This document shows positions 29,956-38,809 of a stretch of 64,000 nt of DNA, one piece after another. Positions within the stretch are counted from its first letter, which is position 1. Every line of letters starts with the position of its first letter. Source of the DNA: Clostridia bacterium. Its GTDB lineage: Bacteria; Bacillota; Clostridia; Christensenellales; CAG-138. The notes beneath the pieces were generated by a model that made no database searches, was not told the DNA's origin, and worked only from the letters and a program-made list of their open reading frames with translations. Location of the stretch: the NCBI GenBank assembly GCA_017539215.1, contig JAFYHI010000038.1:134-64133 (forward strand), read 5' to 3'. The position numbers were made by a program, and so were the translations under genes.

Positions 29956-30046
29956 CAACGGCTTGAACGCATCTTCGTAAATCGGCAGAATGAATTGTTT
30001 TTTAGATGTAAAAAATTTTTTCATCGTGTTGGAAAATTCTTTAACA

Positions 30047-30082
30047 TGTCGTATTGACAAGCGCCTGTATTCGGGGTATAAT
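30047..30082 (+). promoter_or_regulatory. Promoter candidate for the GntR gene (TTGACA-17-TATAAT) with an overlapping TGTC-N5-GACA dyad
   Basis: TTGACA at 30054-30059 and TATAAT at 30077-30082. The dyad lies at 30047-30059. Confidence 0.5.
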
Positions 30083-30143
30083 ATATATGAATATGGGCAG
30101 AAGAGAAGGTAGAGCCCAAAAAATAACGGAAGAGAGAGTTTAT

Positions 30144-30821
30144 ATGAGTACACAGCTTAAAGACATCGCAGAAGAAATGCACCAGAAATCCATGGCAGCA
30201 AGGGATTGGGTGTTCCAGGTCATCCGCACCGCCATCATCAGGGGCGTCCTTCCCGGCGGCATGCCTCTTCGTCAGGATGAGATCTCCGCTCAGCTTTCCG
30301 TCAGCCATATCCCCGTCAGGGAGGCTTTCCGTCAGCTTGATGCGCAGGGCTTAGTCAGGATCTATCCCAACCGCGGTGCCGTCGTGACCAAGCTCACCAA
30401 GGAGGAGCTTGAGAACGCAATGGATACCCGTATCATTCTTGAGCTCGGCGTGCTTCGCGCCGCTGTTCCCCGCATGACGGACGAGTGTATAGCAAAGGCA
30501 GAGGAGATCGTTGCCAAGGCTGCTGACGAGGACGATCCCAATAAGCTCGAGGACCTTAATCTCCAATTCCATTTCGCCCTTTACGAGGCTGCCGGGAATG
30601 CGTTCATTCTTCAGCTTATCGAGCAGCTTCACGCCAACGTCGACAGGTACATCCGTCCCTACTACACGCCGTCCGAGGCCTATGCGCAGACCGTCGGCGA
30701 GCATAGGAACCTTATTGAGGCCTGCCGCAATAAGGACGTTGAGTTTGCATGTGCCATACTTCGCACTCATCTTGAAAGGACAAAGGTCCTCTCGCTCAAC
30801 TCCCCGCTGCTTGCGGTATAA
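30144..30821 (+). CDS. GntR family transcriptional regulator (FadR/FCD subfamily)
   Basis: Winged HTH (LRQDEISAQLSVSHIPVREAFRQLDAQGLV) followed by an all-helical FCD-like domain (FHFALYEAAGN). Confidence 0.82.
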   Translation: MSTQLKDIAEEMHQKSMAARDWVFQVIRTAIIRGVLPGGMPLRQDEISAQLSVSHIPVREAFRQLDAQGLVRIYPNRGAVVTKLTKEELENAMDTRIILELGVLRAAVPRMTDECIAKAEEIVAKAADEDDPNKLEDLNLQFHFALYEAAGNAFILQLIEQLHANVDRYIRPYYTPSEAYAQTVGEHRNLIEACRNKDVEFACAILRTHLERTKVLSLNSPLLAV

Positions 30822-30835
30822 AGCCGATTTGTTTC

Positions 30836-30861
30836 AGCCCCGCGGCGAATGCTGCGGGGCT
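30836..30861 (+). terminator. Hairpin after the GntR gene (terminator candidate)
   Basis: 11-bp stem AGCCCCGCGGC/GCTGCGGGGCT with loop GAAT. The T-tract is short. Confidence 0.5.
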
Positions 30862-30871
30862 TTCCCATAAT

Positions 30872-30907
30872 AAAAAAGCGCCGCCGGGGCATATTCCCCG
30901 ACGGCGC
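30872..30907 (-). terminator. Intrinsic terminator after the DUF4349-like gene
   Basis: The minus strand reads GCGCCGTCGGGG-AATATG-CCCCGGCGGCGC followed by TTTTTT. Confidence 0.65.
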
Positions 30908-30917
30908 CCGATATTAC

Positions 30918-31892
30918 TTATACCGTCTTCTCGGCCTGTTCGGCTGCCTTTGCGGCCCTGCGCCTGTTCTTCTTTTTGACCGACTTCACAATAATAAGCA
31001 CTATCGCAAGCGGCAGCGCAACGAAGAAAAGCAGCACCATAACTATGTGCGGCAGATCGCCAATGAACCACGCAGCAAAGTCGCGCAGACCCATACCCAC
31101 GTCTTCCATGCTCTCGCCGAACCTGCGTTTGATCTCCTGACCGAAGGTTTCTTCTTCAACGGGGGTCACGCGCTCTACCTCGCTTATTTCAAGCGAAACG
31201 GTGCTGAACGCAATCTGTGAATCGTAAGTCCGTATCGTCCTTTCGTACGACTCTATGCTGTAACGCACCTCGGTAAGCCTTTCCTGCAGGGTGAGTATCT
31301 CATCGAGCGACGAGGCCTTTTCAAGCAGACCCAAAAGCGTGTCGTATTCCGTCCTCAACGAAGCCAGCCTTGCCTCGGTGTCGACGTAAGAATCGGTTAT
31401 GTCCTTGGTGCTTTGAGCCTTGGATATTACGTTGCCCAAGCCCTCGACGTTGCTCAAAAACTCGTCAAGCTTCTCGGCGGGTATTCTGACGACCATGCTC
31501 GCTCTGCGCAGCGGCCTTGTTAAAGAATCGGAAGCGTAAGCATAGCTGCCCTTCTCACCGACGGTAAAGGATTCGACGTACCCGCCCAGAGCGCGCACGT
31601 TTTCGGTCAGCCCCGCGTAGAGCTTATCGTACTCAAGCGTCTCAACGACGAGCTTTGCGTCCTTGATGAGCTTTCTGCCGACTGCAACGTCCGGGGTGGA
31701 AGCATCGGCAGGATCGGCAGGGGCATAACTGCCTTCATTTGATGCGGCATTATCGAATATCGAGCCGTTTTCGGCATAGCTAACGCCGCCCTCGGGATAA
31801 CCTTGGTCCTGTGAGGCTTTTCTTGAACAGCCGCAAAAGATCAGCGAGGCGCAAACTGCAAGCAGCAGCGCGGCATAGAGTACTCTTCTCAT
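30918..31892 (-). CDS. DUF4349-like lipoprotein with C-terminal TM helix
   Basis: Lipobox (LIFCGC), a coiled-coil-like centre and a C-terminal hydrophobic helix plus basic tail. GGAGG lies upstream of ATG 31892. Confidence 0.6.
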   Translation of the reverse strand: MRRVLYAALLLAVCASLIFCGCSRKASQDQGYPEGGVSYAENGSIFDNAASNEGSYAPADPADASTPDVAVGRKLIKDAKLVVETLEYDKLYAGLTENVRALGGYVESFTVGEKGSYAYASDSLTRPLRRASMVVRIPAEKLDEFLSNVEGLGNVISKAQSTKDITDSYVDTEARLASLRTEYDTLLGLLEKASSLDEILTLQERLTEVRYSIESYERTIRTYDSQIAFSTVSLEISEVERVTPVEEETFGQEIKRRFGESMEDVGMGLRDFAAWFIGDLPHIVMVLLFFVALPLAIVLIIVKSVKKKNRRRAAKAAEQAEKTV

Positions 31893-31912
31893 GTGGATGG
31901 TCCTCCTTTGTT

Positions 31913-31926
31913 TATATATATATATA
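31913..31926. repeat. (TA)7 dinucleotide repeat
   Basis: Seven uninterrupted TA units, 21 nt upstream of the DUF4349-like ATG (31892) on the minus strand. Confidence 0.9.
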
Positions 31927-31930
31927 ACGT

Positions 31931-31955
31931 ATGGGGAATCGAATGAGTTCCCCAT
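31931..31955 (-). terminator. Hairpin after the phosphohexomutase gene (terminator candidate)
   Basis: 8-bp stem ATGGGGAA/TTCCCCAT with a 9-nt loop, followed on the minus strand by an A/U-rich (TA)n tract. Confidence 0.4.
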
Positions 31956-31968
31956 GCCGTCCAATATA

Positions 31969-33702
31969 CTATTTCAGAAGCGCTTCTATTCTTTCACGCA
32001 TAAAGCCCATCAGCCTTTCGGCGGCCCGTTCCGAATCCTCTTCGGTCGCACCGACGGCGCCAATATAGACCTTCAGCTTGGGTTCCGTGCCGCTTGGCCT
32101 GACGACCACCCAGGCTCCGCCTTCAAGCAGATATCTCAATGCGTTCGCCTTGGGCAGTCCGGTGTCAACGACCTCGCCGTTTGCAAGCCTGCGTGCTTTT
32201 TCAGCGTGGTCCTCATAGGCCGTCACCTGTACTCCTGCGATATCTGAAAGCGGCGCCTCCCTCAGGCGTGACATTGCGCCGGCGATCTTTTCCATGCCCT
32301 CCTTGCCGGAAAGGGTATAGCTCTTGACTGCCTCTTTATAGAAGCCGTACTTCCTGAAAATGCCCTCAAGCACGTCGTATAGCGTAAGCCCCTTCGCCGC
32401 GTAATGGCAGGCCGCGTCACATATCAGCATAGAGGCGCATACGGCGTCCTTATCGCGTGAGAAACCGCCTGCCAAGCAACCGTAGCTCTCCTCAAATCCG
32501 AACAGGAACTCATATTCGCCCGTTCTCGCGCAATGCTCTATCCATTCCGATATGAAGCGGAACCCTGTCAGCACGTCCTTTATCTCTATGCCGTGATCAC
32601 GGCAGATGGCGTCTGCAAGCGCGGTGGAAACAAAGCTTTTTACCACAAGCCCGTTCTTTGGCAAACGCCCCTGTTCAGATAGCGAAGAGAGTATGTAATA
32701 CGTCAGCAGCGCACCCGTTTGGTTGCCTGTCAGCATAAGGAACTCGCCGTTCGGCTTGCGCACGCCCACTCCGAGCCTGTCCGCATCCGGATCGGTTGCA
32801 AAAATCAGGTTGGCGTTGACCTTTTCGGCAAGCGCCTTTGCAAGCGTAAATGCATTCGGATCTTCCGGATTCGGCGCCTTTACGGTCGGGAAGTCTCCGT
32901 TTGGCTCCGCCTGTTCGGGAACAACGTGCAGATTGGTAACGCCAATGCGTTTTAAGATCTCGGTCACGGGCACATAACCGCTGCCGTGCAGAGGCGTATA
33001 GACAGCGTTTATCATATCCCCGTACGACTTAAGCTCCTCCGGGTGCAGAAGCAGAGTCATCGTTGAGGCATAGTAAGCTTCATCGACTTCCTTCCCGATT
33101 ATCTCGAGCATTCCCGAGGACAGCGCAAGCGAGTATTCCATCGGCTCCGTTTCAAAATAGCCGAACCCGCGTATCTTTTCGAGGATCGCCTTTGCGCGGT
33201 CGGGGGCGCACTGGCCGCCGTCCTCCCAATAGACCTTATATCCGTTGTATTCGGGTGGGTTATGGCTTGCGGTGATCACAACGCCCGCGATGCAGTTCAG
33301 GTGACGCACCGTGAACGAAAGCTGAGGCACGGACCTTAACGAGCCGTAAAGATAGCATTTGACGCCGCAGGAGGCAAGCGTCAGCGCGGTCTCCATTGCA
33401 AATACGTCGGAGTAATTCCGGGAGTCGTACGCAATGGCAACGCCGCGCTTTGCTCCCTCGCTGCCTTCGGCGTCAAGGATCGTCTCTGCCAGCCCGCGCG
33501 ATGCGCGGCGAACAACATACCTGTTCATACGGTTTGTTCCGGCTCCGATTATTCCGCGAAGCCCGGCTGTCCCAAACTCCAGCTCGGTATAAAACGCCTC
33601 TTCAACAGCGGCGTCGGTATCGAGTTTTTTCATATCTTCAAGCAGCATCGGGTCATGCTCCGCCTGTTCCATCCATCGTTTGTATTCGGCGATATAGTCC
33701 AT
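31969..33702 (-). CDS. Phosphoglucomutase / phosphomannomutase family protein
   Basis: Active-site TASHNPPEYNGYK, metal loop ATDPDADR and sugar-binding GFEESYG. Confidence 0.9.
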   Translation of the reverse strand: MDYIAEYKRWMEQAEHDPMLLEDMKKLDTDAAVEEAFYTELEFGTAGLRGIIGAGTNRMNRYVVRRASRGLAETILDAEGSEGAKRGVAIAYDSRNYSDVFAMETALTLASCGVKCYLYGSLRSVPQLSFTVRHLNCIAGVVITASHNPPEYNGYKVYWEDGGQCAPDRAKAILEKIRGFGYFETEPMEYSLALSSGMLEIIGKEVDEAYYASTMTLLLHPEELKSYGDMINAVYTPLHGSGYVPVTEILKRIGVTNLHVVPEQAEPNGDFPTVKAPNPEDPNAFTLAKALAEKVNANLIFATDPDADRLGVGVRKPNGEFLMLTGNQTGALLTYYILSSLSEQGRLPKNGLVVKSFVSTALADAICRDHGIEIKDVLTGFRFISEWIEHCARTGEYEFLFGFEESYGCLAGGFSRDKDAVCASMLICDAACHYAAKGLTLYDVLEGIFRKYGFYKEAVKSYTLSGKEGMEKIAGAMSRLREAPLSDIAGVQVTAYEDHAEKARRLANGEVVDTGLPKANALRYLLEGGAWVVVRPSGTEPKLKVYIGAVGATEEDSERAAERLMGFMRERIEALLK

Positions 33703-33774
33703 AGTGTTTCCTTTCCGCAAATAGCATTCGTACTGTATATATTATACTTCAATCACACGGAAATGCAATAGTGA

Positions 33775-33804
33775 ATAATAAAAAGCAGGAGCCTGAGCTC
33801 CTGC
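33775..33804 (-). terminator. Intrinsic terminator after asnS
   Basis: GCAGGAGC-loop-GCTCCTGC followed on the minus strand by TTTTTATTATT. Confidence 0.7.
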
Positions 33805-33818
33805 CGGAAAAGCTTTGT

Positions 33819-35201
33819 TTACAGCTCCATGCTGCCTGTGGTGCGGGGGAAGGGGGTGACGTCCCTGATATTCTGCATACCTGTAATATACATCAGTATC
33901 CTCTCAAACCCCATGCCGAAGCCCGCGTGCTTTACTCCGCCGTACTTCCTCAGGTCAAGGTACCACTCATAATAGCTCATATCCATGCCCAAGTCCTCGA
34001 TCTTTTTGCGCAGCACGTCATAACGCTCCTCACGCTGGCTGCCGCCGATTATCTCGCCGACGCCGGGTACAAGCAGGTCGGCCGCGGCAACGGTCTTGCC
34101 GTCGTCGTTCAGTCGCATATAGAAGCTCTTTATCTCTGCGGGGTAATCGGTCACGAACACGGGGCAGTTGTAGACCTCTTCGCAAAGGTAGCGCTCATGC
34201 TCGGTCTGCAGATCGCATCCCCAGTAAACGGGGTACTGGAACTGACGACCGCAGTTTTCAAGTATCTCGACGGCCTTGGTGTAGGGAAGACGGATAAAAT
34301 CGGAATCCACGACTTTGCGCAGCCTTTCAAGCAGGCCCTTATCAACAAAGCTGTTGAAGAAGTTCATCTCATCGGGACAACGGTCAAGCACCGTCCTGAT
34401 AATGAACTTAATCATCTCCTCGGCAATGTCCATATAGCCGTTCAGATCGCAGAAAGCCATCTCCGGTTCCATTTGCCAGAACTCGGCCGCGTGGCGGGCG
34501 GTGTTGCTCTTTTCCGCGCGGAAGGTCGGACCGAATGTGTAGATGTCGCGGAAGGCCATTGCAAAGGCCTCGCCGTGGAGCTGGCCGGAGACGGTAAGGT
34601 TCGCGGGCTTGCCAAAGAAATCCTTGCTGTAATCCACGCTGCCGTCGGGAAGCTTGGGGACGTTGGCCATATCAAGACTTGTCACGCGGAACATCTCGCC
34701 CGCGCCCTCGCAGTCGGACCCGGTGAAGATGGGAGTGTGAACGTAAAGGAACCCGCGCTCGTCAAAGAAGCGATGTATCGCCATGGCGATCACATGGCGC
34801 ACGCGGAACACCGCCTGGAAGGTGTTCGCCTTGGGCCTCAAATGCTGAATGGTGCGCAGGTATTCAAGCGTATGACGCTTTTTCTGAAGGGGGTAGTCCG
34901 AGGGGCAGTCGCCGTCAACGGTTATCTCCGAGGCCCTGACTTCAAACGCCTGCTTTGCGTCCGGGGTCAGCACAAGCTCGCCGCGCACGGTTATTGCCGA
35001 GCCTGTTGAAAGACGGCGCACCGTTTCCTGAGGTATGACGCCGTTTTCGTAAACTATCTGTACGCTGCGGAATGCCGAACCGTCCGACAGCTCAACAAAG
35101 CCGACGGACTTGGACTCGCGCGAGGTCTTTACCCAACCGGATACCTCGATAGGACCCGCAAACTTTTCGGGATCCTTGTGCAACTCGTAAAGTCTTACCA
35201 T
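33819..35201 (-). CDS. asnS: Asparagine--tRNA ligase
   Basis: Class IIb motifs ([28 protein letters not shown]) with an OB-fold N-terminus. Start ATG 35201; upstream ORF residues were rejected. Confidence 0.92.
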   Translation of the reverse strand: MVRLYELHKDPEKFAGPIEVSGWVKTSRESKSVGFVELSDGSAFRSVQIVYENGVIPQETVRRLSTGSAITVRGELVLTPDAKQAFEVRASEITVDGDCPSDYPLQKKRHTLEYLRTIQHLRPKANTFQAVFRVRHVIAMAIHRFFDERGFLYVHTPIFTGSDCEGAGEMFRVTSLDMANVPKLPDGSVDYSKDFFGKPANLTVSGQLHGEAFAMAFRDIYTFGPTFRAEKSNTARHAAEFWQMEPEMAFCDLNGYMDIAEEMIKFIIRTVLDRCPDEMNFFNSFVDKGLLERLRKVVDSDFIRLPYTKAVEILENCGRQFQYPVYWGCDLQTEHERYLCEEVYNCPVFVTDYPAEIKSFYMRLNDDGKTVAAADLLVPGVGEIIGGSQREERYDVLRKKIEDLGMDMSYYEWYLDLRKYGGVKHAGFGMGFERILMYITGMQNIRDVTPFPRTTGSMEL

Positions 35202-35235
35202 AAAACGCCTCTTTTTTTTTAATTGATTGACCGTT

Positions 35236-35264
35236 ATTTTATCACACCCCGGAGGGTTTTTCAA
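35236..35264 (-). promoter_or_regulatory. Promoter candidate for asnS (TTGAAA-17-TAAAAT, TG-extended)
   Basis: The minus strand reads TTGAAAAACCCTCCGGGGTGTGATAAAAT. The leader is only about 30 nt and contains an A9 tract. Confidence 0.45.
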
Positions 35265-35270
35265 TATAAA

Positions 35271-35296
35271 AATAAAAAAATCGGGCTTGCGCCCGA
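35271..35296 (-). terminator. Intrinsic terminator after the PHP-domain gene
   Basis: The minus strand reads TCGGGC-GCAA-GCCCGA followed by TTTTTTTATTTTT. Confidence 0.7.
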
Positions 35297-35308
35297 ATAA
35301 ACAGGCCG

Positions 35309-36022
35309 TCAAACGGGCCTTGCGTTTACAACGGCGTCCCAAACGCCGGCTTCCGTAACGGCGCGCGACGCAAGCTCAAAATCGCCGACCCTGCCGGGGG
35401 TATGCGCGTCGGACCCGATAACAAGGCCGCAGCCCGCCTGCTTCACGGCGATAAGCTCCTTCTTCGTCATAGTGACCCTTGCGGAGTTTACCTCCATCAG
35501 TATCCCAAGCTGGCGGCAGCACATCGCCATATAGGGGACGTCAACTTTCAAATATAGTCCGGGATGCGAAATGATATTCGCCCTGCAGCTTTCGGCGGCG
35601 GCAAGTATGGCTTCGGCGTTTTTATGCGGATCGTTCTTTATCCCGAGCAGACTTTCACCCCAGACGCCGAGAGCGGTTTTGTTGAACGGCGGAACGCTCT
35701 TATGATATCCTATTATAATGATATCGTAAGCGTCGCGGCCCTTTGGGCAGTCTGATCTGCCAAAACCCATCACGTTCAGTTCCAGCCCGCACAGTACGTC
35801 GATCCTGCCGGCAAATTCACGGCGCAGGTCCAGAAGCTCGGCATTCAGCTTCTCGAGCTTCTTTCCGCGCACGCCAAATGAAAAATGCCCCGGCCCGTGC
35901 TCTGAAACGCAAATGCGCTCCAAACGCCGATCAAGAGCCGCCTCCACGTTTTCACGCGGGGAGCCCTTGCCATGGCTGTAATAAGTATGCGTGTGATAAT
36001 CGGCAAATACCGTATAGTCCAT
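35309..36022 (-). CDS. PHP-domain phosphoesterase (histidinol-phosphatase HisJ-like family)
   Basis: N-terminal [11 protein letters not shown], later ISHPG and GSDAH metal-ligand motifs. Confidence 0.75.
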   Translation of the reverse strand: MDYTVFADYHTHTYYSHGKGSPRENVEAALDRRLERICVSEHGPGHFSFGVRGKKLEKLNAELLDLRREFAGRIDVLCGLELNVMGFGRSDCPKGRDAYDIIIIGYHKSVPPFNKTALGVWGESLLGIKNDPHKNAEAILAAAESCRANIISHPGLYLKVDVPYMAMCCRQLGILMEVNSARVTMTKKELIAVKQAGCGLVIGSDAHTPGRVGDFELASRAVTEAGVWDAVVNARPV

Positions 36023-36025
36023 TCG

Positions 36026-36853
36026 CTACCTGTTATAAGCTATCGTTTCAAGAAACTGGGATTTGTTTTCAAAACCCTTTTTCTTAACGATAAGCGTCAT
36101 CAAAGTCTCAAACAGGGCGCACATGGAGGTGCTGGTCTCATACCCGCAGATCCTGTAAAGCTCGTCCTGCCTGGAGGTGCAGATAAAATAATCTGCGTGG
36201 TTTTCACCGGAGGAGTTAACAAGGTTAGTAATGAAAACCGTAGTCGCGCCTGCCTCCTTTGCTGTACGCAGCGCATCCAACGTACGCTGGGTCTTGCCGG
36301 TCCTTGAAATGGCAATGGCAATGTCGCCGTGCTGCAGGCATTTGGCATAATTGTGCATTATGGGCCGTTCGCAGCATATTACGGAGTCGAGCCCGAGCCT
36401 GCAAAGCTGCTCAGAGTAGATCGACGCGAGTTTCATAGATGCCCCCAAACCGAACCAAACTATGCGGTTTGCCTGCATAATTATGTTGGTAAGTCTTGAA
36501 AGCTTAGGCGCATCGAGCACACGCAGTGTGGATTCTATGGCGGCAATATGGCCGATCATAAGCTTGTTGATAAGCTGCTCGTCGCTGTCGTCGCTGCGGA
36601 TGGGCAAAGTGCTGCTGCTGACAACAGAGGAACTGCCGCTTGCAAGCGACACTCTGAAATCCATAAACCCGTTGTAACCGAGCTTGCGGGCAAGCCTCGT
36701 GACCGAGGGCACGCTAACGTCGGCTTTGCGGGCAATTTCGTTAATGACCATATGAGCCGCTTCGTCCGGATATGCCAAAATATAATCCGCAACCTTTCGT
36801 TCGGCGGGTGGAAGCGTCGAATAAACCGAGCTTAATTTCATTCGTGCTGGCAT
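36026..36853 (-). CDS. MurR/RpiR family transcriptional regulator (HTH plus SIS domain)
   Basis: HTH_6-like N-terminus (VNEIARKADVSVPSVTRLARKLGY) and SIS-like GLGASMKLA...AISRTGKT. Confidence 0.85.
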   Translation of the reverse strand: MPARMKLSSVYSTLPPAERKVADYILAYPDEAAHMVINEIARKADVSVPSVTRLARKLGYNGFMDFRVSLASGSSSVVSSSTLPIRSDDSDEQLINKLMIGHIAAIESTLRVLDAPKLSRLTNIIMQANRIVWFGLGASMKLASIYSEQLCRLGLDSVICCERPIMHNYAKCLQHGDIAIAISRTGKTQRTLDALRTAKEAGATTVFITNLVNSSGENHADYFICTSRQDELYRICGYETSTSMCALFETLMTLIVKKKGFENKSQFLETIAYNR

Positions 36854-36900
36854 ACTATTTCCCCCTGTTCATGCCCGCTTATGCTGTAATTGATGTCTGG

Positions 36901-36929
36901 ATATTAGCATAGCAAAAACAATTTATCAA
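36901..36929 (-). promoter_or_regulatory. Promoter candidate for the RpiR-family gene (TTGATA-17-TAATAT)
   Basis: On the minus strand: TTGATA (fwd 36924-36929), TAATAT (fwd 36901-36906). Confidence 0.4.
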
Positions 36930-37105
36930 GCGTATTTTTGAAAAAACTGTCGCTCCGGTGAGTTTTGTTAACTTAGCGACACAAATATTCTCAGCTTAGT
37001 TATAATTAATTCTCCGATCAGCAGTCTATGATGAAAACTTTCCGACATCATTTTGTTTGCAGCACATATAATGCCTTATCACATCAAAGGAGCGATATTA
37101 AAAAA

Positions 37106-38095
37106 ATGTTCCTGCTTACCGTCAGGCCCGACAGACCGGCTTCCGCCGTTTATCGCGGCGAGACATGCCCCTGCGACGAACATGACCCCGCCTGCTTTCC
37201 GGTTTCCGCTCCGGCGGGCAGGTTGGAGCTTGCCTTTGAACTTTGGCCCGCGGCAGCGCCGGATTTTATCCCGGTTCCCGAGATGCACAGCGTCGTACTG
37301 TACGACGGCAAACCGATCTCGGCATCGGTTCGCATCATCGACTGGGGCCATGTCATAGAGGCGCTGCCCCGCGTACGCTTTTATCCGGATCACAGCACAG
37401 CAGAGCATCAGCTTCTCTCGACAGCGGAAATATCAGGAAGAACAGCGCGTCTTATAAAGCGCGGGACGTACACTGAGCTTACGCTGCAGTCTCGGGCGGA
37501 AGTCAGGAGCGTTTCGTTGAATTATGCCGAACATGGTTCGCTCCGCACGGTGGATTTCGGTTCGGCACGCCTTCTTTGCGTACAAACTCGTTTTGATAAC
37601 ACCGAAAGATTTGCTGTATTCAACGAGGCTCTCGAACCGCTTCTGGACGTCGCCGGAGTTAAGGCCGGCATAGAAAACGGAGTTCCCGTTTTGATCGAAT
37701 CCCTTGATGCATGCGCGGGCCACGAAAGACGCACGGCTTATGATCTTAAGGGAGGAGAGTTTCGGATAACGGAGGAGAGCATTGGTTTTTTCACCCATCC
37801 TGCAAGGGAACCGGCGGCCGATACGGAAAAAGCCGTTATGCTGTTTGAAGCCGCAAAGCTTGGATCAACGAACGAGATGCGCACGCTTTGCTCTCCTCGC
37901 CTGAGTGAAAGCATGGATGCAAACGCGCTTCTCGAATTCACAGGCCCCTATGACCGGGTATGGCTTTCGCCCATTGAAACGCCGGAGGGTGAGGCCAAGG
38001 TGGGACTTACGGAAAACAACGGTCTGATAATGCATCCGCGCCTTTTCGGATTGTCCTTTGAAAACGGCCTTATCGCCGATATCTCCGAGCTTTGA
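37106..38095 (+). CDS. Hypothetical protein (329 aa), no recognisable domain
   Basis: ATG 37106 is preceded by AAAGGAG. GC3-rich codon usage like the neighbours. No TM helix or signal peptide and no motif I can name. Confidence 0.55.
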   Translation: MFLLTVRPDRPASAVYRGETCPCDEHDPACFPVSAPAGRLELAFELWPAAAPDFIPVPEMHSVVLYDGKPISASVRIIDWGHVIEALPRVRFYPDHSTAEHQLLSTAEISGRTARLIKRGTYTELTLQSRAEVRSVSLNYAEHGSLRTVDFGSARLLCVQTRFDNTERFAVFNEALEPLLDVAGVKAGIENGVPVLIESLDACAGHERRTAYDLKGGEFRITEESIGFFTHPAREPAADTEKAVMLFEAAKLGSTNEMRTLCSPRLSESMDANALLEFTGPYDRVWLSPIETPEGEAKVGLTENNGLIMHPRLFGLSFENGLIADISEL

Positions 38096-38106
38096 AGTCT
38101 GCTGTG

Positions 38107-38219
38107 TCTAAACCCCGAGTTTAGTATAAATAAAGTATATTTTTGCCGCATATTGACAATTACGCCCGCAGGTGGTTTAATTAATTTCAGCGGTTTAGTG
38201 TCTATAAACTTTTGGTTTA
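38107..38219 (+). promoter_or_regulatory. Cluster of GGTTTA(G/A) half-sites (candidate operator array) upstream of the XRE-cupin regulator
   Basis: GGTTTA occurs at 38174, 38192 and 38214, and aGTTTAG at 38118. An inverted copy TCTAAACC lies at 38107-38114. A near-palindrome GTTTAgtgtctaTAAAC lies at 38193-38209. Confidence 0.4.
38153..38181 (+). promoter_or_regulatory. Promoter candidate for the XRE-cupin/potABCD operon (TTGACA-17-TTTAAT, TG-extended)
   Basis: TTGACA at 38153-38158, TGgTTTAAT at 38173-38181. The -10 element overlaps one GGTTTA repeat. Confidence 0.45.
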
Positions 38220-38243
38220 GAACTGCTGCTTGGAGGCGATAAT

Positions 38244-38786
38244 TTGATCGACATAGGTGAAAGGATAAAAAGGCGCAGGCTCAAGCTTGGCTTGACGCAG
38301 GAGGAGCTCGCTGCGAGGACCGAACTTTCAAAGGGGTTCATATCTCAGCTCGAGCGCAATCTGACCTCGCCTTCGATAGCCACGCTCATGGATATTCTTG
38401 AGGCGCTGGGTACCGACATTTCCGATTTCTTTGCAAAAGCCGGGGATGAGAAGGTCGTTTTTACTCCCGAAGATATGTTTGTCAGCGAGGACGCTCAGGT
38501 CGCCTCTTCGGTTTGCTGGCTTGTTCCCAATGCGCAAAAAAACCAGTTGGAACCTATCCTTGTTACGTTTGCTCCGGGCGGATCGACTTATCCCGACGAC
38601 CCTCATGAGGGAGAGGAGTTCGGTTATGTGCTGCAGGGCAGCGTTACGCTCAGGCTCGGGAGCCGTTCCTTCAAGGTCAAAAAGGGCGAAAGCTTTTGCT
38701 TCAAGCCCACGGAGGAACATTACATCGTCAATAACACGCAGCGTGAAGCGCGCGTTATCTGGGTGGCAACGCCGCCTTCATTCTAA
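38244..38786 (+). CDS. XRE-family HTH regulator with C-terminal cupin domain (PuuR-like architecture)
   Basis: TTG start 8 nt after GGAGG. HTH segment [24 protein letters not shown]. Cupin-like [12 protein letters not shown]...GESFCF. Confidence 0.8.
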   Translation: MIDIGERIKRRRLKLGLTQEELAARTELSKGFISQLERNLTSPSIATLMDILEALGTDISDFFAKAGDEKVVFTPEDMFVSEDAQVASSVCWLVPNAQKNQLEPILVTFAPGGSTYPDDPHEGEEFGYVLQGSVTLRLGSRSFKVKKGESFCFKPTEEHYIVNNTQREARVIWVATPPSF

Positions 38787-38809
38787 TTCAAGCGATTTCG
38801 GGGGACAGT

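Noticed and set aside
29935-30024. 29-aa minus-strand mini-ORF (MKKFFTSKKQFILPIYEDAFKPLLKRNVF) upstream of the cysteine-desulfidase-family gene, considered as a leader peptide
   Set aside because: The best promoter for the downstream gene (29927-29955) lies at or after the end of this ORF, so it would not be in the leader. It sits in AT-rich intergenic DNA and has no RBS.
33771-35009. 412-aa ORF antisense to asnS
   Set aside because: The sense strand has class II aaRS motifs. The antisense product is low-complexity and lacks start signals.
35202-35308. Possible T-box leader upstream of asnS (and likewise upstream of hisS at 17521-17537)
   Set aside because: The asnS leader is only about 30 nt after a good promoter. 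hisS starts about 18 nt after dnaX. Neither leaves room for a 200-nt T-box, and no specifier or T-box sequence was seen.
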